DNA of 63,998 bases, filler included, from Conidiobolus incongruus B7586 (GCA_000697335.1; 18 parts of 18 records of this genome joined end to end with filler, not necessarily neighbours in it), one strand, 5' to 3'; shown: positions 43,461 through 57,949, counted from the first letter of the whole stretch. Made by a program: numbers and translations. Notes: generated from the sequence alone by a model not told the origin.

Positions 43461-45009
43461 TTTCAATAAAAATAAAATTCATCAAATCGCTCTAGTAGGA
43501 CAAAGTATGCCATATTATCCAAATATCAAACTAGTGTCAAGGCATTATATTTTATACTTAAATATTGTTCTTTTCATTTTAAATTAGCTCATTTACAATA
43601 TTGATTTCTTAACTCATTCTAGTTCCTAAATGAGAATTATCAATTATCTTTCTTTTATCCTTGAATTGAAATAATTTATATTGCCCTCCTATTAATATAA
43701 AAAACCTCTTCTCTATTACCCAAGTAAAGAATTTTTTATTGTGTCGCAGATTATTTAGATAAAGATTTGAAAAATTTTATATATCATCAATCTTAATGCC
43801 ACATGACTGAATTTGAAGTCATTTATTTATTTTACCTTTGTTTTGCTTTAAAATCAATATATAAAAGGATTCTCTAATTTATCAATATAAAATGAAATTT
43901 TTCAGAACTTTATATAATTTTCATAATACATTGAGGCTGAATATGTAATATTTGAAATGATAGTTTTTATCTATATTGTAAATAAATAAAATTTAAGATA
44001 TTAATCAAATATGAAAATAATACAGATTTTGAATATATTTATTGTTAATAATATCATAATAATCATTTAATATTATTATTTCTTATTAAACTATGTAATT
44101 ATAAATGTTTTTATCCTTTTATACAAAAATTATCCATATTATTATTAATCAAAATTTACTAATTAAATAGTTATTTTAATTAAAAAAATGGAATATGAAT
44201 ATAATAATTATTTTTAAAATTTTGGTAAATATATTAATTCTATTAAATTTAATTATCAATATTAAAATCAAACTCTTATTAAAATATTAATATAGAAATT
44301 AAAAATGGCAAATTTTTTAATTTTCGATCTTTCAAATATATTATAAATTTTGAAAGATTATTAATATATACAATATATAGGAAAATAGATAATTTAAAGC
44401 TATATATTTTTAGTAATAATTTTTTTATATTAAAATATTTTCGTTTTAAAGTTTATAACAAAATTTAATCTTATTCATAATAGAAGATAATTATTCAAAA
44501 GCTTTTATTTTTGTAATTTTAAAATTTAATAATAAACCCTATAAAATTATCTAAAATTTAGCAATAACTTAAAAAGATAATATTTTATCTAGAACTACCA
44601 TATATTGCTAAAATTGTGTTTTAAATTAAAAGTCATATTATTCAAAATATATTAAAATCTAAAACATCAATTTTTATTACATTTTTTTCAGTAACTAATA
44701 AATTAAAAAAGATATTAACAAATTACTTTTTATTTATTTAAAAGATTATTAAAGCAATTTAATATTANNNNNNNNNNNNNNNNNNNNNNNNNNNNNNNNN
44801 NNNNNNNNNNNTTAATTAATTAANNNNNNNNNNNNNNNNNNNNNNNNNNNNNNNNNNNNNNNNNNNNATTATTTAAAACAATTAATTATAAATATAATAT
44901 TGTTTTTTAATTAAAACTACTTTAAATTAATATTTTTGATATAATTTAAAAAAAATTACTATTTTACATAGTTATTATAAAATATTTAAATTTATAACAA
45001 ATTCACTAA

Positions 45010-45326
45010 TTAAAAAAACTATCATATCAAATATATCCCTTAGATTATAACTTATATAATTATAATTATTTTAGGTAATTAAAACTATACTTATAAGAAA
45101 AAAAATTTCTACAGGAAAATTTAATTAATTTATAAAATATTAAATTTTAGATTTTAATAAAAAATTATTTTTTATAAGTTAGAAGTTTACCAAAAATATG
45201 GCAAAAAGTTATTAGAAATATAGGAAATTATTAGTTTTAGATAATATTTTTATTAAAATATACTATATATTAAAATGTTTATTTTTTTCAATTGCAAAAT
45301 AGTCCTATTATTTAATTTACAAAATA
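45010..45326 (-). repeat. Dispersed ~300-bp repeat, copy 4
   Basis: tagattataacttatataattataatt...acaggaaaatttaattaatttataaaatat...cctattatttaatttacaaaata matches copy 1. Confidence 0.8.
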
Positions 45327-48159
45327 ATATATAATAAAATATATAATATTTTTCCTGATATTATAATCATTTCCTGGAATAATTTAAATAGTTGATATTA
45401 AAATATCAAAGACATAAATATAATAAATATTTTTACTCTATTAAGTGTTTTCATATATATTGAAAATATCAGATTGGTATCTTGAAATACTATTATAAGG
45501 GTAACTTTGTATCCTTACCCTAAGAACTTCAGCTAATAAACTGAACCTAAAAATCAATGTGACAAGGGAGTCAAGCATGAGATCAACAAGAACTCAACCA
45601 TAAATTAATAAGGAAAACGATCTATCTATTCTAAGTTAATTGATATAAATATAGCTTTCTATTAACCAAAAATAAATTTTACATTTTAGTCTATATTCTA
45701 AAGTATATTATCTTTTTTCCTTACTCGAAACTTGCATAAATTGCTGTCAAATAACGAGTATGAGAAAATTACATTCAACAGATCTGTTAGTTTAGTCTAA
45801 TAAAAGCTAAGTCACATTCTTAAAGATGTCCAATTCAGGTGTACTTACAGCTGAACATCCTCTAGAAGGCTATGCTTTTCCCATTTTCACTAAAAAGTCA
45901 CCACTTCTCTGGAAGACAGACTTACATTACCCTTCAACTTCGATATCTTGTAAGTTTCAAATATAAATTAGATTATCTATAAAAAATATTACATAGGGTA
46001 ACTACCATTAAGCTATATTTCGTGTATTTAAAATATAAAATCCATAGGAATATATTAAATTGTCTAATTTAATTAAATTCACATATTTCATTGAGGATGA
46101 CGGTAAAATAATTTTTTTGCAAATTGAATTATATTGTCTATAGCTTATTTAAAATAAAAAATTTTACGATATATGTATATAATTAAAAATTATTAAATTA
46201 ATATTAAATATTTTCTTATTTAAAGGATACAAAAGGCATTATATACTGTTTCTATTCAATTATAACCAATTTTAGTTATGATGACGATGGACATAATAAA
46301 ATATTATAATATGTTAGTCATATATATTGAAAAGTATGTTTCAGATAAAAAAAATAAAAAATCATAATAATTATTATTTTAAAAAATATAGGATTTTACT
46401 AGTGATCAACTTATAGTTAAAAATTCATAGTATTCATGAATTAGTAAATATTGAAAATTAACCATAAATCTACACTATCCAAATTTAATCAAAAATATAT
46501 TTAATAAAATATCTTTGAATTTATATTGTTGATTTTTTCATAATATTATAATAACTTCAGTTAAGTTCTATAAGATTATTTAAATATATATTTGTTCATT
46601 TAATATATATTAAAATGGGTTATCATTCAAATTCGATGAACAATTGTCTTTGATGTGTTTAAAATATCCATTAAATATTTAAAAATACAGAATATTCTGT
46701 CAGCATCTACTCAACTTTAAATATTTTAAAATCATTGTGAATTATATTTTATTGGAACTTATATTAAAAAATTTACTTGCTTCTAAAAGATTTCCAATTA
46801 ATTCAACCAAAGATAAAAAATATTAGAATTTACTATCAAATTATGTAATAAAATAAACGTTAGATCTACATTATTACAATATGACAAAAAATTTGAAAAA
46901 TTGAATATGATTTTAGTATGAATACATATATATATATAGTCATTATAAAAATCTCAAAACATTATTTATTTACAAATACCTTAATGGATTATATGTATTT
47001 TTTCTAATTATATTATCATTATTAATTATTAACCAATTTGGATTTTTTAGAATAATAATACAATGGTACTTGGGAATAAATTAATAAAACGAAATAGTAT
47101 TTATAAACTTTCTATTTAATATATTAAAAAAAACTGATACAACTAAAATTTTTATAATATCAACCTATTAAAAAATAATAACTAATTAATTATAAACTCA
47201 TAGTGAATTATAATAAATATTATTATCTAAATTAATTTGAATAGTCAAACTATTAAATGTGAACACTATTGTTGATAAAATTCAATAAAAAAATAATATA
47301 GAAATGAACAAGTCAAATTTCAAAAGAAAAAAATAATAAATATGAAGTTTGAATTAAAAATTTATAATATAATTGAATTATTAATTAAAAAATAATTATC
47401 CTAACATAAATTATATATAAAGTTATATATCAATATTTAAATAATTAAGTGACTATATAGTGGAATTGATTAATTAAACAGAACATATAATTATATTCAC
47501 TAACTAAAAGGAGTAATTCTAATATGTTTTATTTAGTTTATCTATTCTTTTGTTTCCTAGATTTTGAAATTAATTCATATTTAATTTTATGCTATTGATA
47601 TGGAAATTATACGATTATCAGTTCCTTTTCAAATTGTATATTTTAATAAATATAATGTGATATTATACCGCTAATTAAGCCAATATTTATTCAATACTAA
47701 TAATATATATTATGAAAACTAATAGATGATAATGTCGTATAAAAATATAATATTACAACTTATTAAGAGTGAAATATACTTGGACTAATTTAAAGTATCA
47801 TTAAATAAATAAAGTTAATAAAATTATGCAATAACTATTATTATTCACACATGTATACTATATATATCCATTAAATATAATAATATACATAAATATGATG
47901 AAATAATTTATATCCTAATAATTATTTTACAATTCTTAAATCATTTAAAATTCTAAAAAAAATTAATTAATCAGAAAAACAAAATATTTTTAATTTAAAT
48001 ANNNNNNNNNNNNNNNNNNNNNNNNNNNNNNNNNNNNNNNNNNNNTTAATTAATTAANNNNNNNNNNNNNNNNNNNNNNNNNNNNNNNNNNNNNNNNNNN
48101 NTATTTTATATAATAATTATAAAATAATATAAAGTTATAAAAATTATTATTAATAAAGA

Positions 48160-48440
48160 AAATTAGAAAAGTATTATAAATTTGATATTTTCTTTAAATC
48201 ACAATTGCTATATTTAATTAAATATTTAGTTTATAAAAAATTATTAGAAAAAATTTAATAAATTTATAAAATATTAAATTTCAGTTTTTAATAAAAAAAT
48301 TAATTTTTTTAATATTAAAAGCTTGCCAAAAATATAACAAAAGATTATTAATATAAAAAATATCTATTTTAATAACTTTATATTTAAATCTTTATTTATT
48401 TTTAATCTCAAAAAATTTTCAATATTTAAAATTCAAAGTA
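48160..48440 (-). repeat. Dispersed ~300-bp repeat, copy 5
   Basis: aaaagcttgccaaaaatataacaaaagattattaata...aatatttaaaattcaaagta is collinear with copies 1, 4 and 6. Confidence 0.7.
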
Positions 48441-49267
48441 ATAATAATAATAATAATAAATATTTTAAGATAATTATTAGCAAGATAGAAAAAATTTATT
48501 TTTTAAATAATAATTATTTTATTAAATAGTCTCAATATATTTATTCTAATAATAGACAGTTTAATTGAAATTTTAAATATCAAAATTTAAATAATATTAT
48601 AAATTTATTGGTTTTTTAATTTAAGTTTTCGAAATAATTAAAAAGATTTAAAACTTATATCTAATATTGCTTAATTTGCCTTATTATTCAATCATACCTT
48701 ATTAAAGTATGAAAAGTTAAAAATATTCAATATTTTTTTTAATAATATTTAGCTTATATAGTCAATATAGATATTATAAATTATATTATCATTTTCAAGT
48801 TTGTCACTACTAATCAATCGTTAATACTAATTATAGCAAGAAAACAACATATTTAGCAATTGCAACATTGCTCATTAAAACCTATAAAATGATACTAACC
48901 CTGATTATCAATATATTGTTCTATCTTCTGGATATTGAATATATAGAATTCAACTTCCAAATTTAATTTATATTTTACATAATAAAATTTGTAAAAAATT
49001 CATCATTATTATAATAAAATCAAGAAATCATTTTAGTTTTGATAATAATAGTGATGATTTTGCTCTAAAGTGATTTATACTAAATATCCAAAATATATAT
49101 CAAAATCAATGAGATAATTATATTCATTACTTTGGAATCAATTTAATTACGTAGCCAATATTTAGAAATCAAACTCTAGTTAATTTTGCACAAATTAACT
49201 TCTCTCATCAAACTAATTTGACATAAATACATCTATTATCTGCTTGTTCAAATCCAAAGAATATTGA

Positions 49268-49802
49268 ATAAAAACTATTCAAGATACCCAAATCCACATA
49301 GTGTTTCCCAAAGACGACAAAGCTCTCAAATTAGTGTTTGATATAAAAGAAAAAGTCTTCATCATTAATAAGGGTTACCAATACCATGATGACTTTGACG
49401 AGTAAGTAAATCTCGTCTATAGTATACTATAATTAACCCTACATTAAAAACAATACCGACGCAATCCACATCATTGATACGGAAGATCCGATTGAAAAAG
49501 CCACCAGGGCGGTTGGAATGCGCCACATTATGCTCAAACCTGACAGTCTCGGCAGAATCGGATACGCCTCAGTTGACCAAAGTCTAAGACCTCGTAATAT
49601 CGGCAGCTTGATGATCAATTACGCTCACAAGCATGTAAAGAAGATTGGACTCAGGGATATTTGAATCAATTCGCAATTCGACAGACAGAACTTCTGCCAT
49701 CTGTTAGGTTACTATACAGTTGGCAAACTACACTTGAAGGAAGGTACACCTCATATTGCATTGGAATTAGATTTTAAAACAAGTGCTAATATTTTTGAAT
49801 AG
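49268..49802 (+). pseudogene. GNAT acetyltransferase (ElaA/YjcF-like), disrupted
   Basis: LVFDIKEKVFIINKGYQYHDDFDE|intron|DAIHII...AVGMRHIM...GRIGYASVDQSLRPRNIGSLMI...IGLRDI*INSQFDRQNFCHLLGYYTVGKLHLKEGTPHIAL. In-frame TGA at 49662-49664, no ATG, no AG at the expected acceptor. Confidence 0.85.
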
Positions 49803-51618
49803 ATATAGTGATATTGATAAATTATAAATATTCATTCCATATTGACATTATTCTCAAATTATAATATGATTAAATTAAAAATAAGAATTGGTTTAACTAG
49901 TCCAACATTAAAAATTTAAAATTTTGTATTTGATTCAATATCCATCAAATTTTTTTAATAATTTTGAAATTAGAAAAATTTAAATCAATACAGAGATATT
50001 TTTTTGAATTATCAATGTAGTAAGTATTCATATTCCTAAAAGTTAATAATTTGAAATTTTAATTCTCATTGATTTAATAATTTAATTATATAAATATATA
50101 GTTTATTAGTTATCAAGTTATCATGATATGAAATAGTGTTATGCCAAAATTAATCAAACTAATATAATATGTTTCAATATATATAAGTACTGAAAAACAT
50201 ATTGAAAGAATAAATATTCTGACATCAAATCAAATATTTAAAAATTTGAATTATTTCATTGTTTATAATATTAATATTATTAATTTAAAATACTAAAATA
50301 ATTGTCTGTTAAATATAAAACATCAATCAATAGCATCACTTTTAATTAATATGAGTGTAAAGTACCTTGACTCTATAAAGTAGTTGATTTGTTCTATATA
50401 TATGACATATTACTAATTTTTGACAATTGACTGAATTTGAATAATAGTGATTCAAAAACTAGTTATTTTTTGTAACATCAATTTATTTATTTAATAGTAA
50501 AATATTAAATTTTTTGCGATTGAACATTTACATTATATGATATATATTGCGATTATATATATATAATTGATTATCATATTAATTTTATAAGTTAAAAGGT
50601 AAACATATGGTAATACTAGAAATATGGTTTATATATTATTTTAAATGTGAATATAAAATTTATTCATCCATAATGTATATTATAAAGTGTGATTTAGAAT
50701 TTAATTAGAAAATGGATAAAAGATTAATATTCAAAATATTAAATAGGTGAAAAATTGATTAAACTATTTTCAAAATGATATGGTTCATTATTTTATTAAA
50801 ACTATTAATTTATTTAATCTTTTGAATTTATAATTTCTATTAAAAATATGAGAGGTTATAGTTATTTTAATTTATCATTATCTTAAATTTAAAGAAATGG
50901 AAAATTCATTAATTTCTAAATTTTATAATATATTATTAGTTTCATAAATAATATTTATATAGAACAAATAAAAAAATATATAATTTTCAAAATATATTAA
51001 TTTAGATATATACTAACTCATAAAAATAAGTCATGAAATTAAAAATATATATATTTATTAATAACTAAAATAATTGTATATATTAAATTACCTGAAACTA
51101 TAATATATAATTATAATATATTATNNNNNNNNNNNNNNNNNNNNNNNNNNNNNNNNNNNNNNNNNNNNTTAATTAATTAANNNNNNNNNNNNNNNNNNNN
51201 NNNNNNNNNNNNNNNNNNNNNNNNATTTATTAAATTTTTAAATTAAATTAAATTAAAAAAAAATTTATTATTTTAAAATAAAATATCTATTTTATTTCAT
51301 TAATAATATATTTTTATAATAATATAAATATATATTATTTTTATTTTATAAAGAGAAAAAAATTTTAAACTAAAATAAAATAATAATAATAATAATAATA
51401 ATTATAAGGATAATTACCATTTAATTTTTCATGGCATAAATTGGTTAAGATTATTACAAAGTTTTAGAATGATTAAATTAGCTTTAAAATGATATTATAA
51501 TTGTGACAGGTAAATGTTACGTTCATAATCATTAGATTTTGAGGTGTTCATTTGTTTTGAATATCATTAAAACTAATTTATTATTATTATTATTATTTTC
51601 AATAAATAAAATTTGTAT

Positions 51619-52659
51619 CTAGTCAGAAGAGTTAGTTTCGCCAAATTTCTGCTGATTGATAGGGTGGTCCATATTAGATCCCATCGAGTTGCTAGTGAAC
51701 AGTTGATTTCTGACCTTGGTCCGCCTTAATTTGGTAATGATATTCATTAATAAATTGATCATAATGCCAAGTAGTGTGATTGCAAGTCCAAGGCGGAAAT
51801 AGATTACAAATACAAGGTTTACAATTTGATTCCATTCTGGCAATTGGATATAGATGAACACAAGTAATGTCCATCCAATGAAAGAAAATGATGCAAAGTT
51901 GACAAAGAATAAAAATGTGTTTCTTAGTCTATAAAATGCTTTCCTGATTTGTGCTGAATTTTCCACTTCGGGATTTGAGTAGTATTTGACTAGTTTATGT
52001 AATTTTAACCCGTAGTAGCAAGAGAGAACCCATGTTAGGAATTGCATCGAACTGCCTCCAATATGATCAATCAGCATAAATGTCCATGCTCTATTCCAGT
52101 CCTCTTTATCTAAGTAGTAACCAGATAAAATACTGCATGGGAGACTGATGAGAAGCATGGTGAGAAAAGAGACTGTAATCAAGATTTTGGAGAGTAGAGG
52201 AGATGGTAGCCATAGCAAAATTGGAGGAGTTTTATGTCTGGGATTGGTTTTGTAATAACGATATGTAAAAGTGATAGGAATATTGAAAATAACTCCAAAT
52301 AAATACCATGTAGCCCCAACAGATAACATCCACCACATAATCCCCTCCATTGTCTTTCTAATAATATATTTATTGGCTATATCATAAATCATAAAATACT
52401 CATGTAAAGCAATTAAAATGAACGAAGGAGTCCAAAATACTAAAATGCTCTCTATTGGATTAGGATGAATTCCCCGAACTGTTAAGTTTAATATTGATTT
52501 ACGCGTGGTATAAAAATTTAATACGAGTGTAATAATACTGAGTAAAGCTGAAATAGTACAAATAACGAATTGAATAGTGACAACAATTGAAAGTGGTTTA
52601 GATTCTTTACAATCTTGAATATTGGTTAACCACAAGCAATGGCCTTGTGGTGAGAACAT
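51619..52659 (-). CDS. Hypothetical seven-TM (GPCR-like) membrane protein, intronless
   Basis: 346-aa ORF with about seven hydrophobic helices, a short Cys-containing N-terminus and a polar C-terminal tail. Confidence 0.82.
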   Translation of the reverse strand: MFSPQGHCLWLTNIQDCKESKPLSIVVTIQFVICTISALLSIITLVLNFYTTRKSILNLTVRGIHPNPIESILVFWTPSFILIALHEYFMIYDIANKYIIRKTMEGIMWWMLSVGATWYLFGVIFNIPITFTYRYYKTNPRHKTPPILLWLPSPLLSKILITVSFLTMLLISLPCSILSGYYLDKEDWNRAWTFMLIDHIGGSSMQFLTWVLSCYYGLKLHKLVKYYSNPEVENSAQIRKAFYRLRNTFLFFVNFASFSFIGWTLLVFIYIQLPEWNQIVNLVFVIYFRLGLAITLLGIMINLLMNIITKLRRTKVRNQLFTSNSMGSNMDHPINQQKFGETNSSD

Positions 52660-55600
52660 AATGAATAAAAATTCAACAAAATAAATTGAATATAATACTT
52701 ATGTTATATTTAAAGTTTAAAATAAAAATTATCTTTAATTCTATCAACCTCTTTTTATATTTTAGTCTCCCCATTCCCAATGTTTCAATCAATTCTTTTT
52801 TAATTTCCATTTTGGTATGAAATCGGAAAGAAACTAATTAAAATTATTTATCGATTTTGAAAAAAAAATTGAAATTCGATTAAGTGACGCATTATGAGGT
52901 TTGTTAATTATGCACTTTGGTTATTGTGTTCATTTGCCAAACCTTAAAATATCTTTTTGATATTAAGAGGTTATTCCCTCTTTCAAAGTTGGGGATGCTA
53001 AAAGACTATAGACTATAGGAGATTGGATAATTTTCAATTAGGTGTCGTGATTGGTCATCTTCTATATTATTCAAAATAATTGTAATTCTTTAAAATTTTA
53101 AATATAATAAGATTTATCAGTGGCTTTAATAATTATAGTGAAAATTAAATCTTTATTGATATTATCATTCAACGTAAATAATTAATAATATTAAAGTTTG
53201 AATTGATTAATCAATTTTAATATCTGTATAATAGAAGCATCATTTTTCTGTTAAATGATTTAAGGTTTAAGATTGGTATTAAATAATACACAAAATTAAA
53301 TAAATAGTCATACAAGTTCCAAATGGCATTCAACAAAATGTTGAAATATTTACTACAGTCTTAAACTGATTGTTAAGGAATATCAAATGAACACATATTA
53401 TAAATAACATATAAAAATAGTAATTGATATTCCAATGATATGGTTAGATTAATCGGTTAATCTATTTTTTAACCATAACCAATCATGTAAAAGGTGTAAC
53501 TTATCAACATCATTATGCATTAAAATTTTCTTAACTTTTCACCAGTTAATGTGTTAATAACTTTTCAATTATTTTTCAAGCAAATTTAATTATAACTTAT
53601 GCTATTGATTATCATTTATCAACGATTATTTAATACTATAACCTAGTCAAAAATATGTATATCATATACTAAAAAATTTTTAAATTTAATATTATGTCAC
53701 TACTCTCAACTATTTCTAATATTATTATTTGATTCTACGAAGTATATTGAATCATAATTTTTTTCAACTATTAATTCAGAAAAAAATATGAAAAATTTTT
53801 TTTTCAAAATTGTTAAGTAGATTGTGTAAATTATATTATTAAATAAAATTAATTTAATTTTTTTTTCTTATTTTTATCATCGCTTTCATAATTTTGTAAT
53901 ACATAATAATTTGATTTTGTTAATTTATAAAACCTAAGAGGAAACTTTTAGGAATCAAATATTACAATTGCTGACTTATTATTGGCTAATTTCAATTAAT
54001 ATTGAATCTTTGATGTGTAACGAATATTTCACCCAGAGTATTAATAAGGGATTTATGTTTTTATTTTGATAATAATTATTTTCAGGATATAATACTTTGT
54101 AGTTATTCTCATTAGTTAGAAAAAACCAATTTCAGTTATATAGATCATATTCTAAAATCATAGTATTCAATTATCTATTTAAATTCTAAGTGTAAAGATT
54201 AAAACCAACCAAATCAACATGAAAATTTTTTGCAACTTTAAAAAAACATATAGTTTAAATTAAGGGAAAAGTTTTTTATTTAAAAGTTTTATAGGGCATA
54301 AAAGTTGATTTAACTTTTTATAGTATATAAAACAACTAATTTTAGAAATTTTCAAAATTTCCATTTATATTTATTAATTTTTTTAATTAATATTGGATTT
54401 TATAAATTCTTTTTGAATATTTAATATTCAGACTATATCTGTAAGGTAATTTAAAACAATGGTTTCTAATATAAATTATTATGAATCTTGATTTTTTGAT
54501 GATATATTGGTCCATAAGAATAATGATATTTTTTCTTATAGCTTCGCTTTAGATCATTATAGTTACTAATAAGTTAATTTTAAGATTTAATTTATTACCT
54601 AATATATCAAATGAAATTATATAAACAAAATATATATATTTAATTAATAGCAAATCATATTACTTCTATAAAGGAAATGTAATCCATTAATAGTCTGATT
54701 ATAAACAAAATCTATAATTCACAAATTCTTATTATATATATAATTAAAATATTATGGATTGTTATATAATAGAATAATATTTTTTTATTTAAAACTAATA
54801 ATTAATATTNNNNNNNNNNNNNNNNNNNNNNNNNNNNNNNNNNNNNNNNNNNNTTAATTAATTAANNNNNNNNNNNNNNNNNNNNNNNNNNNNNNNNNNN
54901 NNNNNNNNNATATTTGACTTTATAAATAAAAAATATTAGTAAGAATTTGTCTTTTAAATTTAAATAAATTTTAAATATTATTCTTAATAACAATAAAATA
55001 ATATATCTAGTAATACAAAGTAGTTTAGATAAAATATAATTTTCACAAGCTTTTAATAAATCTTAAATGGTTTATGGTTGAGTTTTAATTTTACTAAAAC
55101 AAAATCTTTTGATAATTATCATATAATTTAAATACTATCACATTTTACTTGAAACTATTAATAAAAAATTTTATAATTAAATGAAATTAAAAATAAAATA
55201 AGATAAATATAGTTTAATAAGTTTGAATCTTTTATATATTTTATATTAAAATTAGTTTATAAATAAAAATAAATTTGAAAAATCAAAAATTAAAATATTT
55301 GCTATTTTTTTCTTCCGAAACTAATATTATATATATATTAGTAATCACCTTGTCAAAAAAGTTATTATCAATAATTAAACCAAATAACAATTAAAATAGG
55401 AAATATAATACCATTAAAAGTAAGAGATGAAAATATAAATACTCAAAATATTCTTGATAATATAAAAAAGTATTTCGAAGCTAGTTTTAATTTTATATTT
55501 TTATATAAAATTAATTTGTTAAATATCATTAAATATATCTTTGATATCCTAAAATATATTATTTAATGGAAAATGAGTTCATTAATGATATAAAATATTC

Positions 55601-56965
55601 TTAATTTTGATGAAAAAGATATATATTTTAAAAATAAAATATATAATTAAATTCTATAATAATTAATTAATAATATACATTAAATTAATTTGTTTGATAG
55701 AATTGTAATGAAGAATAATTAATATATCAATTTGTAGTTCAAAGAATAATTAAGGAAAAGTGTATTTTTTTATTTCTTTATGATTGAGGAGTATAATTAG
55801 AATATAATTAAAGAAATATTAATAATTTTTTCAATATTACTGTAAAAATTATCAACAATATTGATTCACCCAAAAAGAGAAATAAAGTTTATGATAATTT
55901 AAAATTCAACGGAAGTCTTAATATAACAAAAATTTATTGTAAATATTCAATAAAATATTAAACAAGTTAAGAAATATTAAAGAAATATATTAAATATTAA
56001 ATTAATATTTGAACTATTAACCAAATAATCTAAAATGATAACTGAAGATTAAGCTAAAACTTTTTGATATCATATCAATAAGCCATATGAGTATAATAAT
56101 TTGTTTGGATATTGGAATTTGGAAAAAAAGCTTTTTTTCCTTTAAATTTATTATTTTTTATATTAATATATATCTTTCATATATAATATAAGAAAAGAAT
56201 CTATTATTTCTCCCTCTTAGGTTTTATATTATAGTAAAGATTTAATTCAAATATTTCTTTTTGTATAATTACATTCAATTTATTGAATCATTTTGCAAAA
56301 GTATACAATATTATATATTATATTATTAACGATTACTAAAGAGTTTGAAAAAATTAGTTCTTATAAATAAAAGTTTTATAAAATTAGAATATTTGTCAAA
56401 ATTATTTATATATTTTAAATTTGTACAAATTTTCAATAATTATAATGAAATTACTAATATAATATTAAAATATAAATCAATTTAAATCAATAAATGAAAA
56501 TAATAGTTTTGATCAAAGTTTAGTAACTTGAAATCTTTATATTTCATTTAATACGATGATTTCAAAACCATGTTGGTTGAAAACAATAAAAGTAATAAAC
56601 CTAATATCATTTGATATTTGATTATATATGATTGAGTTGCATCATCATTATCCAACTGATAAATATATATATCTAATTAATTTCTCATATTTAGTGAGAT
56701 AATTATATTGGTTAAAAGATTTTTTTATCACCAAACTATTAACTAGATTTTAATTCTATAAAATTCAAACTTAAAATTATAATTTATATAAATACTTTAA
56801 AAATCAATCAATATTATATCCTATATAAAGGTTATAGTGGAATAGTTCTGATTATTAGTTTTAATCATTATTCAATATTATGGCTATTATATATATATAT
56901 ATGTTGTAATAAAATCAAATAACAGATTTTAAATTGTTATAGATTATAAATCCAGATTAATTATA

Positions 56966-57340
56966 ATGAAATCTTTAATTCTTCTCCTGTTAATTCTTGC
57001 TTCTGGTGGAATATTATCTGGCTATAAGATATATCAACCTACTAAGCATCCCAATATTCAAAACTGCCCAAAGTATGAACATATATTTAAGCTCCGAGAA
57101 GCAAAATAGGTATTGAGATAATTAGAATTATATTGTCAAATTATAATCGATCAAGCTGATTACCTCCAAAACATGATCAAATCGAGATTGAGTCAATTGC
57201 AAATTAATCATCTGAAAGGAAGTTGTCAAAATGAAAGGAATTTGTGTGTGGAGGTTAATTGTCCAATGAATAGTGATAACACTGCATTCAGAGTGTCTGT
57301 AACTCTTTCATTACTAATGTCTGGAAAGAATACAAATTAA
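56966..57340 (+). pseudogene. Small secreted Cys-containing protein with two in-frame stops (or a 47-aa secreted peptide)
   Basis: MKSLILLLLILASGGILSG-YKIYQPTKHPNIQNCPKYEHIFKLREAK*VLR*LELYCQII...GSCQNERNLCVEVNCPMNSD...NTN*. Signal peptide is clear; stops at 57107 and 57119; the frame continues to 57340. Confidence 0.6.
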
Positions 57341-57949
57341 ATTCAATAGCTTTGAAAATTCGAGTGATAAATTAGAAAGTGTTGGTTCATTATTTTTAAT
57401 GGTAATCATATGACTTCTAATATTAATTAAATATTAATATTAAATAAATTTGATATTTTTTAATCATGGTAATAATTTATATTCATTATAATTGATAATT
57501 AATTTATAATATTTGATTGAGCATGTATTTACATATATATTGTGAAATTATCATTAATAATATTGTATTGTAAACAATTAAAATGAATAGTTTGAAAAAT
57601 TTGCTTTTTAAATTCATTTTATATCTTTTATATACAAGTTGGAAAATCAATATTGAATTAATTTCATATAATATTAATTATTGAATTCAATACTTTCTTT
57701 TAGTATCTTGAAAATTACTAATGTTAATATTCAATTAAGTTCTTTATTTAATTAGTCGAATTTCGAAATGGTTTTAAAATTTATATTCAAAAAAATAAAA
57801 TATATNNNNNNNNNNNNNNNNNNNNNNNNNNNNNNNNNNNNNNNNNNNNTTAATTAATTAANNNNNNNNNNNNNNNNNNNNNNNNNNNNNNNNNNNNNNN
57901 NNNNNATATAAAACTAAAGTTTTAAAAAATTTTTTAATTAAAAATAACA

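Noticed and set aside
45827..45950. Exon-like MSNSGVLTAEHPLEGYAFPIFTKK followed by GTAAGT
   Set aside because: Downstream exons could not be joined into an open frame and no family was recognised.
56966..57340. Alternative genetic code (TAA/TAG = Gln) suggested by in-frame stops in several frames
   Set aside because: Intact conserved genes (PMM, Rho, Rpc31, FSH1, isochorismatase) have no internal TAR codons and end on TAA or TAG at the expected positions.
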